Positions 56,627 through 64,000 of a stretch of 64,000 nucleotides of DNA are shown here, piece by piece. The first letter of the stretch is position 1. The number at the start of each line of letters is the position of its first letter. This DNA is from Paracoccaceae bacterium. GTDB taxonomy: Bacteria; Pseudomonadota; Alphaproteobacteria; Rhodobacterales; Rhodobacteraceae. Under the pieces are notes generated by a model. It had not been told where the DNA came from and did not search any database. It worked only from the letters and a program-made list of their open reading frames with translations. The position numbers and the translations under genes are program-made. The stretch spans positions 23,851-87,850 of the forward strand of contig JAIXPH010000002.1 in NCBI GenBank assembly GCA_027486345.1, written 5' to 3'.

Positions 56627-57646
56627 TCAACGGAACGGCGGAGCGTATTGCAGACCACCTTGGGTCCACAGCGCGTTCAGGCCGCGTGCGAGGTTGATCG
56701 AGGTGCCTTCGCCGATGTTGGCAGCGAAGATTTCGCCATAGTTGCCGCCGGCAAGGATGGCGCGCTTGAACGCGTCATTGTCCAGACCGAACTTGACCGC
56801 CATTTCGCCCGACAGGCCGAGCAGACGCTTGACTTCCTCGTCATTCGTGGAAGCAGCGACTTCTTCGACATTGGCTTTGGTGATGCCTTTTTCTTCGGCG
56901 ATCAGCAGCGAGTAGTAGGTCCAGCGGACGATGTCGCCCCAGTTGTTGTCGCCATGGCGCACGACCGGGCCGAGCGGTTCCTTGGAGATGATCTCCGGCA
57001 GGATGATGTGGTTTTCAGCATCCGGCAGGGTGGCGCGGCTGGCGGCCAGACCCGAAGCGTCGGTGGTGTAGGCGTCGCAGGCACCTGCCAGATACTGGCG
57101 CTGACCTTCGGCGTCATCCGCAATGGTCACCGGCTGATAGGTGATGTTGTTTTGCTTGAAGAAGTCGGCAAGGTTCAGCTCGGTCGTGGTGCCGGTCTGG
57201 ATGCAGACGGTCGCGCCGTCCAGTTCCTTGGCCGAGGAAACGCCGAGGTCCTTCTTCACCATGAAGCCCTGACCGTCATAGTAGTTGACGGCCACGAAAT
57301 CGAGCGCGAGCTCGGAGTCGCGGCTGGCGGTCCAGGTGGAGTTGCGGATCAGCACGTCCACTTCGCCCGATTGCAGGGCGGTGAAGCGGGTTTCGCCGGT
57401 GGTCGGGACGAACTTCACCTTGGTGGCATCGCCCAGAACGGCGGCGGCGACAGCGCGGCACAGGTCCACGTCGAAACCGGCCCAGTTGCCATTGGCATCG
57501 GGCGCACCAAAGCCGGTCAGACCGGTGTTGGAGCCGCAGATCAGCTCGCCACGGGCTTTCACCGCTTCAAGCGTCGCTTGCGCCGAAGCGGCACCGGCGA
57601 CCATGGTTGCGGCGGCAATCGCGCCGAGCAGATAGGTTGTCTTCAT
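56627..57646 (-). CDS. aapJ: Amino acid ABC transporter substrate-binding protein (AapJ/BztA type)
   Basis: 339 aa with a signal peptide (LLGAIAAATMVAGAASA) and a type 2 PBP core. Confidence 0.85.
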   Translation of the reverse strand: MKTTYLLGAIAAATMVAGAASAQATLEAVKARGELICGSNTGLTGFGAPDANGNWAGFDVDLCRAVAAAVLGDATKVKFVPTTGETRFTALQSGEVDVLIRNSTWTASRDSELALDFVAVNYYDGQGFMVKKDLGVSSAKELDGATVCIQTGTTTELNLADFFKQNNITYQPVTIADDAEGQRQYLAGACDAYTTDASGLAASRATLPDAENHIILPEIISKEPLGPVVRHGDNNWGDIVRWTYYSLLIAEEKGITKANVEEVAASTNDEEVKRLLGLSGEMAVKFGLDNDAFKRAILAGGNYGEIFAANIGEGTSINLARGLNALWTQGGLQYAPPFR

Positions 57647-57782
57647 TCTTTCCTCACCCGTTTATCGGTTTGGCCCCGGACATCTGACCGGCGGGGCTTC
57701 GGTCCGTAACGCGTCTTCAACCTCTTGGCGGGTCGTCCGGTCGCATTGCCCGAACGGCCAAGATAACGGAAGTGCCGTGATG

Positions 57783-57797
57783 GCATCGCATATGCCA
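57783..57797 (-). promoter_or_regulatory. Candidate sigma54 (-24/-12) promoter upstream of aapJ
   Basis: The minus strand reads TGGCAT-ATGCG-ATGC, with the GG and GC dinucleotides at the consensus spacing of TGGCAC-N5-TTGC. It lies about 140 nt upstream of the aapJ start. The element is itself palindromic, so the match is weak evidence. Confidence 0.3.
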
Positions 57798-58060
57798 ACC
57801 GTGCATGATGCGGGGAAGGATAGCCTGCCGGTTGGAAAGGCAAGAGCTGATCCTGACTGCCACTCTGGCGATCCCCCACTTCATCCGCCCGCGAAAGGGC
57901 GCGCCACATCGGAGACGGGCTCCAATGTCCCAAGTTTCCCGAAAGCGGTTTGGATGGTCAAGCCTCGACGCTACGGAAAGAAAAAAGTGCCTGTTCGCAG
58001 GTCATTAGCTGGAAATTTCAGCACCCGGACCGGGGATTGGGCAGAAAAGGCGGCGGATTG

Positions 58061-58768
58061 TTACCCGCACAATCCATAGAATCGGGCGGCTTGCAGAAAG
58101 GCGGCCTGCTTGACGGCCGTCAGTTCGGCGGCCTCTTCGTCCTCGCCCCATTCCTCGATCTGCCAGTCCTCGTCGATGCGCGACAGACGCCAGGCCGTGT
58201 CGGGGTCCAGCCGCCCGTGAATCACCGCCAGCGCGAGCACCAGCGATCCGGACAGCGCGACGAGGTCGTGGAAGGCGGCCAGTTGGAACGGGTTGAGCGC
58301 CGCCACCAGCGCATTGGCCCGCGCGAGGGCAGCTTCGGGCTGGGCCACATGCATGATCCCGGCGGTCACCGTCAGATGCAGGTCCAGCGATTGCGCCGCC
58401 CAAGCCAGCAGCGGGTCCCACGCCGCCGCCTGACGCGCGACCAGCGGTTCGGGCCCGGTGGCGCGGTAGCACAGGTGGTCCGATCCGCCATAGGCCGACA
58501 GCATCGTGGCGACATCGTCAAATTGCACCGCGACCTTGTCGATGGCCGAATTGGCGGTGCGGGTATAGGGCATGGAGTCGGGCTTTATCTCGCCCTGTTG
58601 TGCGTCCCATTCGGCGGCGATGGCCTGCGCCAGCGCTTCGGTCGGGACCACCAGCAGTGTCTTGGCCGGGGTTTTCACCGGGCGGCCATCCAGTTGCACA
58701 GTCCAGCCCCCGTCAACCGAGACAATGGCAGAGGCGGACCAGAAGCGTTTTGGCTTCCATGCGCTCAC
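58061..58768 (-). CDS. ATP12-family F1-ATPase assembly chaperone
   Basis: 235 aa. The pattern KRFW......GG..V.LDGRPVKTPA....VP...LA.AIAAEW is typical of alphaproteobacterial ATP12. Confidence 0.8.
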   Translation of the reverse strand: MSAWKPKRFWSASAIVSVDGGWTVQLDGRPVKTPAKTLLVVPTEALAQAIAAEWDAQQGEIKPDSMPYTRTANSAIDKVAVQFDDVATMLSAYGGSDHLCYRATGPEPLVARQAAAWDPLLAWAAQSLDLHLTVTAGIMHVAQPEAALARANALVAALNPFQLAAFHDLVALSGSLVLALAVIHGRLDPDTAWRLSRIDEDWQIEEWGEDEEAAELTAVKQAAFLQAARFYGLCG

Positions 58769-59811
58769 TTGAACACCTCGAACGGGTCGGCGGGGACGTC
58801 ATCCTCTTTCCAGTCCAGCGTCTTCCATGTCCGGGCCATGTGGTCCGGCAGGGGCGCGGTGAAGGTCATCAACTCCTTGGTGATGGGATGTTCCACCTTC
58901 AGCATCCGCGCATGCAGATGCAGCTTGCGGCTGACATCGCCACCCACGGTGGCCCCCCAGCCATCCCCGGCGTTTTCCGCCTCGGACCCACCATATTTGC
59001 CGTCGCCAACGATGGGATGGCCGATTTCGGCCATATGGGCGCGCAACTGGTGGGTGCGGCCGGTGATGGGTTCCAGCGCCATCCACGACAGACGCGTGCC
59101 AAGGAACCAAAGCGTGAAGTAATCGGTCTGGGCGCGCTTGGCGTCCGGGTAATCGCCCACCTTGCCGGGGTGGATGCACATCATCTTTTCACCCTCGCCG
59201 CGCTTGCCATGGCCGGGGGCCTTCATCAGCGCGTATTTGATCGAGCCTTTGCGCGGATGCGGCACGCCTGCGACGACGGCCCAGTAGATCTTGCGCGTGT
59301 TGCGGTGGCGCAGGGATTCGGACAGGCCGCGCGCCACGCGGTCGGTGCGCGCCAGCATCAAGAGGCCAGAGGTGTCCTTGTCCAGACGATGGACCAGTTT
59401 GGGCCGATCCTTGTAGCCGAATTTCAGCGCCTCGGTCAGGCCATCGACGTGGCGATCCCCCTGCCCCGATCCGCCCTGCGACGGCAGGCCCGCCGGTTTG
59501 TTCAGCACGATCATATGATCGTCCATGAACAGGATGCAGTCCTGGATCATCTTGGCATCGGCATGGCTCACACCATCGGGGCGCGGGCGCGAGGGGGCCT
59601 CGGTCTCCGGCAGGGGCGGCACGCGCACGGTCTGGCCGGGGATGATGCGGTCGGACGCCTTGGCCCGCGCGCCATCGACGCGCACCTGACCGGTGCGGCA
59701 CATCTTTTCCACCGCCCCTTGGGTCAGTTGCGGAAAGCGGCGCTTGAACCAGCGGTCAAGGCGCTGTTCGCCTTCGTCTTCCGAGACGGTCAGTGTCTTT
59801 ACGCCGCTCAT
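58765..59811 (-). CDS. RluA-family 23S rRNA pseudouridine synthase (RluC/D-like)
   Basis: I chose the start at 59811 (MSGVKTLTV...). It has an S4-like N-terminus and the catalytic HRLDKDTSGLLMLA. 4-nt overlap with the ATP12 gene. Confidence 0.85.
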   Translation of the reverse strand: MSGVKTLTVSEDEGEQRLDRWFKRRFPQLTQGAVEKMCRTGQVRVDGARAKASDRIIPGQTVRVPPLPETEAPSRPRPDGVSHADAKMIQDCILFMDDHMIVLNKPAGLPSQGGSGQGDRHVDGLTEALKFGYKDRPKLVHRLDKDTSGLLMLARTDRVARGLSESLRHRNTRKIYWAVVAGVPHPRKGSIKYALMKAPGHGKRGEGEKMMCIHPGKVGDYPDAKRAQTDYFTLWFLGTRLSWMALEPITGRTHQLRAHMAEIGHPIVGDGKYGGSEAENAGDGWGATVGGDVSRKLHLHARMLKVEHPITKELMTFTAPLPDHMARTWKTLDWKEDDVPADPFEVFK

Positions 59812-59812
59812 G

Positions 59813-60175
59813 TCAGAGGCTCCGGGCAAGGGCCGCGCCAAGGGCGACGGCAAGAAGGGAAAGGCCGACCGAAGCCGCCACATATGCCGCCGCCTGCACG
59901 GGTTGCCCCGATTGCCACAGCTTCAGCGCGTCCAGTGAAAAGGCCGAGAAGGTGGTGAACCCGCCAAGGATGCCGGTCATCAGCAAGGGCGAAAGCTGGG
60001 TCCGCTGGGCAAGGGTGACAAACAGGACCCCCATCGCGAAACATCCGATGATGTTGACGGCCAGCGTGCCCCACGGCCAGCCCGGCGCGATCCGCGCGGC
60101 GGCGGTCACGGTCAGGACGCGGGCCACGGAACCGATGGCTCCGCCCAAGGCGACAGGGATCAGGCTTTGGATCAT
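59813..60175 (-). CDS. crcB: Fluoride ion channel CrcB
   Basis: I chose the start at 60175 (MIQSLIPVALGGAIGS...), giving 120 aa. GGFTTFSAFS motif present. Its stop is 1 nt from the RluA-family start. Confidence 0.85.
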   Translation of the reverse strand: MIQSLIPVALGGAIGSVARVLTVTAAARIAPGWPWGTLAVNIIGCFAMGVLFVTLAQRTQLSPLLMTGILGGFTTFSAFSLDALKLWQSGQPVQAAAYVAASVGLSLLAVALGAALARSL

Positions 60176-60271
60176 GGGGGTTCCATTGCCCCTTGGGCCG
60201 CGAATGTCAACGGGGGAAGGGAAACGCACGCCTCTGCGCGGGCCGGTTTGGCCGAAGCCCCCTCACCCTGA

Positions 60272-60294
60272 CCCTCTCCCCCGGGGGGAGAGGG
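60272..60294. repeat. GC-rich perfect palindrome between the ALDH gene and crcB
   Basis: CCCTCTCCCCC-G-GGGGGAGAGGG, about 40 nt downstream of the ALDH stop (60334) on the minus strand. It probably acts as a terminator or stabiliser hairpin. No U-tract. Confidence 0.6.
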
Positions 60295-60333
60295 AATGGC
60301 ACCCGGTTCGGCGGCGTGGACAGCGGCCCAGAC

Positions 60334-61767
60334 TCAGCCGTGCTTGATCATCACATGGCGGACGACGGTGTAATCCTCCAGCGCGTAGCTGGACATGTCC
60401 TTGCCATAGCCTGACTGTTTCAGCCCGCCATGCGGCATTTCGTTGACCAGCATGAAATGCGTGTTCACCCAAGTGCAGCCATAGCGCAACCGGGCCGAGG
60501 TCGCCATGGCGCGACCCACGTCCCGCGTCCAGACCGACGAGGCGAGGCCATAGTCGCTGTCATTGGCCCAATCCACCGCCTGATCCACATCCGAGAACGG
60601 TGTTATCGATACCACGGGGCCGAACACCTCACGCCGCACGATCTCATCCTCCTGTCGCGCACCCGCGATCACGGTGGGGCGGTAGTAGAACCCGTGGTCC
60701 ATCACGGCGCCGCCCGTGGTCACTTCGATATGCGGCAACTCGCGCGCGCGGTTGACGAAACTGGCGACCCGGTCGCGCTGGCGCAGGGAAATCAGCGGCC
60801 CGATCTCATTCGTCGTGTCATCCTCATGGCCCAGCGCGATGGTGGACACGGCTGAGGTCAGGTCCGCCACCAGACGATCATAGACCTTCTTCCCGGCATA
60901 GATGCGGCAGGCGGCGGTGCAATCCTGCCCTGCGTTGTAATAGCCGAATGCGCGCAGGCCATCGACCACCTCCCCGACATCGGCATCATCAAACACGATC
61001 ACCGGGGCCTTGCCGCCCAGTTCCAGATGGGTGCGCTTGACCGTCTTGGCGGCTGCGTCCAGCATCTTCTTGCCCGTCGCCACGTCCCCGGTCAGGGAAA
61101 TCATATCCACGCCCGGATGGTTGATGAGATAGCTTCCCACCGTCTGGCCGCGCCCGGTGACGATGTTGACCACGCCTTCGGGCAGTTCCTCGGCCAGTAT
61201 CCTTGCAAAGCGCAGCGCAGACAGCGGGGTCTGTTCGCTGGGCTTGAACACCACCGTATTGCCGCCCCCGATGGCCGGAGCCAGTTTCCATGCCATCATC
61301 ATCAAGGGATAATTCCATGGCGCGATCGAGGCGATCACCCCCACCGCATCGCGGCGGATCATGCTGGTGTGTCCGGCCATGTATTCGCCCGCGACTTGCC
61401 CGTGCTGGGTCCGCACGGCACCGGCAAAGAAACGATAGCAATCCACAATCGCCGGGATTTCGTCATTGCGCGCGGCGTTGATCGGCTTGCCGCAATTGAG
61501 CGCCTCAAGGGCCGCCAGCGTATCCGCCTCGGCCTCAATCCGATCCGCGATCCGCAACAGCGCGGCAGAGCGTTCGCCGGGGGTCGTCCGGCTCCACGAT
61601 CCAAAGGCACGGCGGGCGGCGGCGACGGCGGCATCGACTTGCGCGGTGGACGCCTCGGGCAGGTTCAGGATCAACGCCCCGGTGCGCGGGTTCAGGATGG
61701 GTTCCGCCGCCTCTTGCCCCTGTTGGAAGTCATTGCCGATCAAAAGCGCGGTGTCGAACTGGGTCAT
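60334..61767 (-). CDS. NAD-dependent aldehyde dehydrogenase (aminobutyraldehyde dehydrogenase-like)
   Basis: 477 aa with the ALDH Glu motif (LELGGKAP) and Cys region (GQDCTAACR). Co-oriented directly downstream of Pot-type transporter genes. Confidence 0.8.
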   Translation of the reverse strand: MTQFDTALLIGNDFQQGQEAAEPILNPRTGALILNLPEASTAQVDAAVAAARRAFGSWSRTTPGERSAALLRIADRIEAEADTLAALEALNCGKPINAARNDEIPAIVDCYRFFAGAVRTQHGQVAGEYMAGHTSMIRRDAVGVIASIAPWNYPLMMMAWKLAPAIGGGNTVVFKPSEQTPLSALRFARILAEELPEGVVNIVTGRGQTVGSYLINHPGVDMISLTGDVATGKKMLDAAAKTVKRTHLELGGKAPVIVFDDADVGEVVDGLRAFGYYNAGQDCTAACRIYAGKKVYDRLVADLTSAVSTIALGHEDDTTNEIGPLISLRQRDRVASFVNRARELPHIEVTTGGAVMDHGFYYRPTVIAGARQEDEIVRREVFGPVVSITPFSDVDQAVDWANDSDYGLASSVWTRDVGRAMATSARLRYGCTWVNTHFMLVNEMPHGGLKQSGYGKDMSSYALEDYTVVRHVMIKHG

Positions 61768-61777
61768 GGTCTCTCCC

Positions 61778-62584
61778 TCATTTGCCCGCGCCGGCGGTGT
61801 GGTCGCCGTCGCGGGTCAGGTAATAGGCGGCAAGGATGGGCAGGAAGGTCACGGCAAAGACCACGATGGCCACGACGTTGGTGACCGGGCGTTGGCGCGG
61901 GCGCACCAGTTCGGACAGCATCCAGATGGGCAAGGTGGTCTGTTGGCCAGCGGTGAAGGTGGTCACGATCACCTCATCAAAACTCAACGCGAAGGCCAGC
62001 ATCCCCCCGGCCAGCAGGGCGGAGCCAAGGTTGGGCAACAGCACATGCCGGAACGTCTGCCAGCCGTTGGCACCAAGATCGGCCGAGGCCTCCATGATCC
62101 CGCCATGCAGGCGGCGAAAGCGGGCGACGGCGTTGTTGTAGACGATCACGATGCAAAAGGTCGCGTGACCCAGAATGATGGTCCAGACCGAGAACGGGAT
62201 ATCCATCACCGAGAAGGCCGAGCGCAGCGCCATCCCGGTGATCACCCCCGGCAGCGCAATTGGCAGCAGGATCAACAGGCTGATCTGGTCGCGCCCGAAG
62301 AACCGGCTTTGCGCCATCGCCGCCGCCACCAGAGTGCCAAGGATCATCGCAATCAGCGTCGCCAATCCCGCCACCTGCAACGACAGCCACAAGGGCGGCC
62401 AGATATCGGCGCGGTTCCACGCGACGCCAAACCACTGCAGCGTCAGCCCGGGGGGCGGAAAAGCGTAGCTTTTTTCCTCAGTCGTGAAGGCGTAAAGGAA
62501 GATCAGCAGGATCGGCAGATGCAGGAAGGCCAGCCCCAGCCCCGCCGCGATCTTCAACCCGGTGGAGGCACGCTCAGAGGGCAT
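61778..62584 (-). CDS. Polyamine-type ABC transporter permease (PotC/PotI-like)
   Basis: I chose the start at 62584 (MPSERAST...), which overlaps the upstream stop by 11 nt. EAA-like loop: [15 protein letters not shown]. Confidence 0.8.
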   Translation of the reverse strand: MPSERASTGLKIAAGLGLAFLHLPILLIFLYAFTTEEKSYAFPPPGLTLQWFGVAWNRADIWPPLWLSLQVAGLATLIAMILGTLVAAAMAQSRFFGRDQISLLILLPIALPGVITGMALRSAFSVMDIPFSVWTIILGHATFCIVIVYNNAVARFRRLHGGIMEASADLGANGWQTFRHVLLPNLGSALLAGGMLAFALSFDEVIVTTFTAGQQTTLPIWMLSELVRPRQRPVTNVVAIVVFAVTFLPILAAYYLTRDGDHTAGAGK

Positions 62585-63515
62585 CGAACGCCCCCATCCT
62601 CTTGGCAATCGCCAGATAGATCAACATGATGACGATGGGCACGACGGCAAAGGCCGCCGCCAGCGGCAGGTTCCCGGCGGTGCCTTGGAACTGATAGACC
62701 GCCAATCCGATGAAGCGTGCGGAATTGCCGATGATCTGCGGGATGATGTAATCGCCCAAGGTCAGCGAAAAGGTGAAGATAGACCCCGCCACGATCCCCG
62801 GCAACGCCAAGGGAAAGATCACCGTGCGGAAGGTCTGGGCACGGGTTGCCCCCAGATCGGCAGAGGCCTCCAGCATTGATCCCGGCACCCGCTCTAGCGC
62901 GGCCTGCATCGGCAGGATCATGTAGGGCATCCAGATATAAACAAAGACGATGAAGGTCCCGACCGGAGAGGTGGACAGCGACGATCCGCCAAACCACTGC
63001 TCCTCCAGCGCCCGGGCCATCAGCGGGCCTGCCCCGATATGATCGGCGAACCAGGTCACGATGCCTTCCCGCGCGAGGATCAGTTTCCACGCATAGACCT
63101 TGACCAGATAGGACGACCACAGCGGCAGCATCACGCCCAGATAGAACACCGCCTTCCACCGTCCCCGCGCAAACCGCGCGGCATAATAGGCGATGGGAAA
63201 GGCGATGATGGCCGAGGCCACTGTCACCAGTGCCGCCATCAACAGCGTGCGCAGGATGATGTCCAGATTCTGGGCGCGGACGAGTTCGGCATAGGTTTTC
63301 AGGGTAAGTTCCTGCTTCACCACGCCCGAGAATTCATCAATCGAGAAGAAGGATTGCAGCAGAAGGGCGGAGAGTGATCCGAGGTAAACCACGCCGAGCC
63401 ACAGCAGCGGCGGTGCCAGCAGCACAGCCAGCAACAGGCGCGGATGCCGCCAGAAAGTGGCCGTCAACCGGTCGGCAAGGCCCCGTTCGGGAAGGATGGC
63501 GGGACGGCTGGTCAT
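62574..63515 (-). CDS. Polyamine-type ABC transporter permease (PotB/PotH-like)
   Basis: I chose the start at 63515 ([11 protein letters not shown]...). EAA loop: [15 protein letters not shown]. Confidence 0.8.
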   Translation of the reverse strand: MTSRPAILPERGLADRLTATFWRHPRLLLAVLLAPPLLWLGVVYLGSLSALLLQSFFSIDEFSGVVKQELTLKTYAELVRAQNLDIILRTLLMAALVTVASAIIAFPIAYYAARFARGRWKAVFYLGVMLPLWSSYLVKVYAWKLILAREGIVTWFADHIGAGPLMARALEEQWFGGSSLSTSPVGTFIVFVYIWMPYMILPMQAALERVPGSMLEASADLGATRAQTFRTVIFPLALPGIVAGSIFTFSLTLGDYIIPQIIGNSARFIGLAVYQFQGTAGNLPLAAAFAVVPIVIMLIYLAIAKRMGAFDAL

Positions 63516-63555
63516 GGTGTGACGGTCCAGAATGCGCGAGGCAGAGGACCAACGC

Positions 63556-63728
63556 GGAAACGTCCAGTGGACGTTTCCGACGGTCCGATTGTGGCTGAGG
63601 TCACGAAGCCACAAGGGGTGTTCAGCAGTCGCTTTCCTATCAGGCACGGGGCGCGGCCGCCCGGGTGGGCGCGTTTACGCGCCCGCCAAGGGGCGGGCGG
63701 GCGCGGCCCGTGCGTTTGGCGCACGGGC
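63556..63728. repeat. Cluster of GC-rich palindromic hairpins (REP-like) inside the Pot-type operon
   Basis: Hairpins at 63556-63578 (GGAAACGTCCA-G-TGGACGTTTCC), 63667-63684 (GGGCGCG-TTTA-CGCGCCC), 63680-63699 (CGCCCGCC-AAGG-GGCGGGCG) and 63706-63728 (GCCCGTGCG-TTTGG-CGCACGGGC). Confidence 0.7.
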
Positions 63729-63807
63729 GGGACAGCGGCAGGCCGGTCCCTCAACGCGCGGGTCGCGTGCCCCGCGCTTCCGGCCGATGGTGCGAGAAAG
63801 AAGCCAC

Positions 63808-64000
63808 TCACCCCTCGCCCCCCATCACATGCAAGGCCGCCGGATCAAAGGCCAAGCCGACCGTGGCCCCCACCGTCGGCACCGCCTGCCCCGATGGCAC
63901 CAGTGCCGCCACCTCAGCCCCGCCCAGCGCCACGGTCACCCGCGATCCGGCCCCCAGATAGCGCAGCGCCGTCACGGTCCCCGACAGCGCCACCCCATCC
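63808..64000 (-). CDS. ABC transporter ATP-binding protein, C-terminal (TOBE-like) end only; gene continues beyond the window
   Basis: The open frame runs to the window edge. The C-terminal sequence (...GSRVTVALGGAEVAALVPSGQAVPTVGATVGLAFDPAALHVM) is typical of PotA/MalK-type regulatory domains. Confidence 0.6.
   Translation of the reverse strand, partial: DGVALSGTVTALRYLGAGSRVTVALGGAEVAALVPSGQAVPTVGATVGLAFDPAALHVMGGEG

Noticed and set aside
57783-57797. Plus-strand reading of the sigma54-like element
   Set aside because: Because the element is palindromic it also matches on the plus strand. No plus-strand gene lies downstream (the next gene, ATP12, is on the minus strand), so only the minus-strand interpretation was kept, at low confidence.
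60176-60333. Fluoride riboswitch upstream of crcB
   Set aside because: I compared the minus-strand leader by eye with the crcB-motif consensus. The conserved GAUGG and GAUGA-type segments and the pseudoknot pairing are not convincingly present, so it is not called as a feature.

Overview
GC-rich alphaproteobacterial chromosomal window; the gene content looks Rhodobacteraceae-like. All family calls come from motifs read in the supplied translations, with no database search. I call about 57 protein-coding loci, two of them interrupted by in-frame stop codons, plus one tRNA-Ala(GGC), several intrinsic terminators and a few palindromic repeat clusters. I saw no rRNA, CRISPR array, transposase or integrase.

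Layout:
- 0-8.5 kb: polyol/acetoin-like catabolic cluster (Zn-ADH, GlpD/EryB-like, SorC regulator, SAF-domain oxidoreductase, AcoABC-type E1/E2).
- 8.6-10.6 kb: two coupled orphan ORFs and a DUF4160(TAG-interrupted)/DUF2442 pair.
- 10.7-21.4 kb: two sugar-type ABC transporters flanking an alpha/beta hydrolase and a BKACE enzyme.
- 21.7-29.4 kb: TetR and two IclR regulators with an intradiol dioxygenase, amidohydrolase, ProC-like reductase, citryl-CoA-lyase-like protein and family III CoA-transferase.
- 29.4-34.5 kb: putA and two SDRs.
- 34.6-44.1 kb: the most accessory-looking stretch. It holds a membrane-anchored LytTR regulator, a 1385-aa RTX-repeat protein ending in a Hint domain, a tightly coupled 2-TM protein / MoxR-type AAA+ / zincin-like-VWA operon, and tRNA-Ala.
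- 44.2-64 kb: mostly housekeeping (FYDLN protein, DUF45 peptidase, GntR, exoD, adenine deaminase, DMT, SDR, argB, aapJQMP/bzt-type transporter, ATP12, RluA-family synthase, crcB, aldehyde dehydrogenase, Pot-type transporter).

Best candidates for something undescribed are the coupled TM/MoxR/VWA operon, whose zincin motif reads HHxxH, and the neighbouring modular RTX-Hint protein. Secondary leads are an orphan plus-strand terminator suggesting an sRNA next to the tRNA, two nonsense-interrupted genes, and an atypical ring-cleavage cluster.
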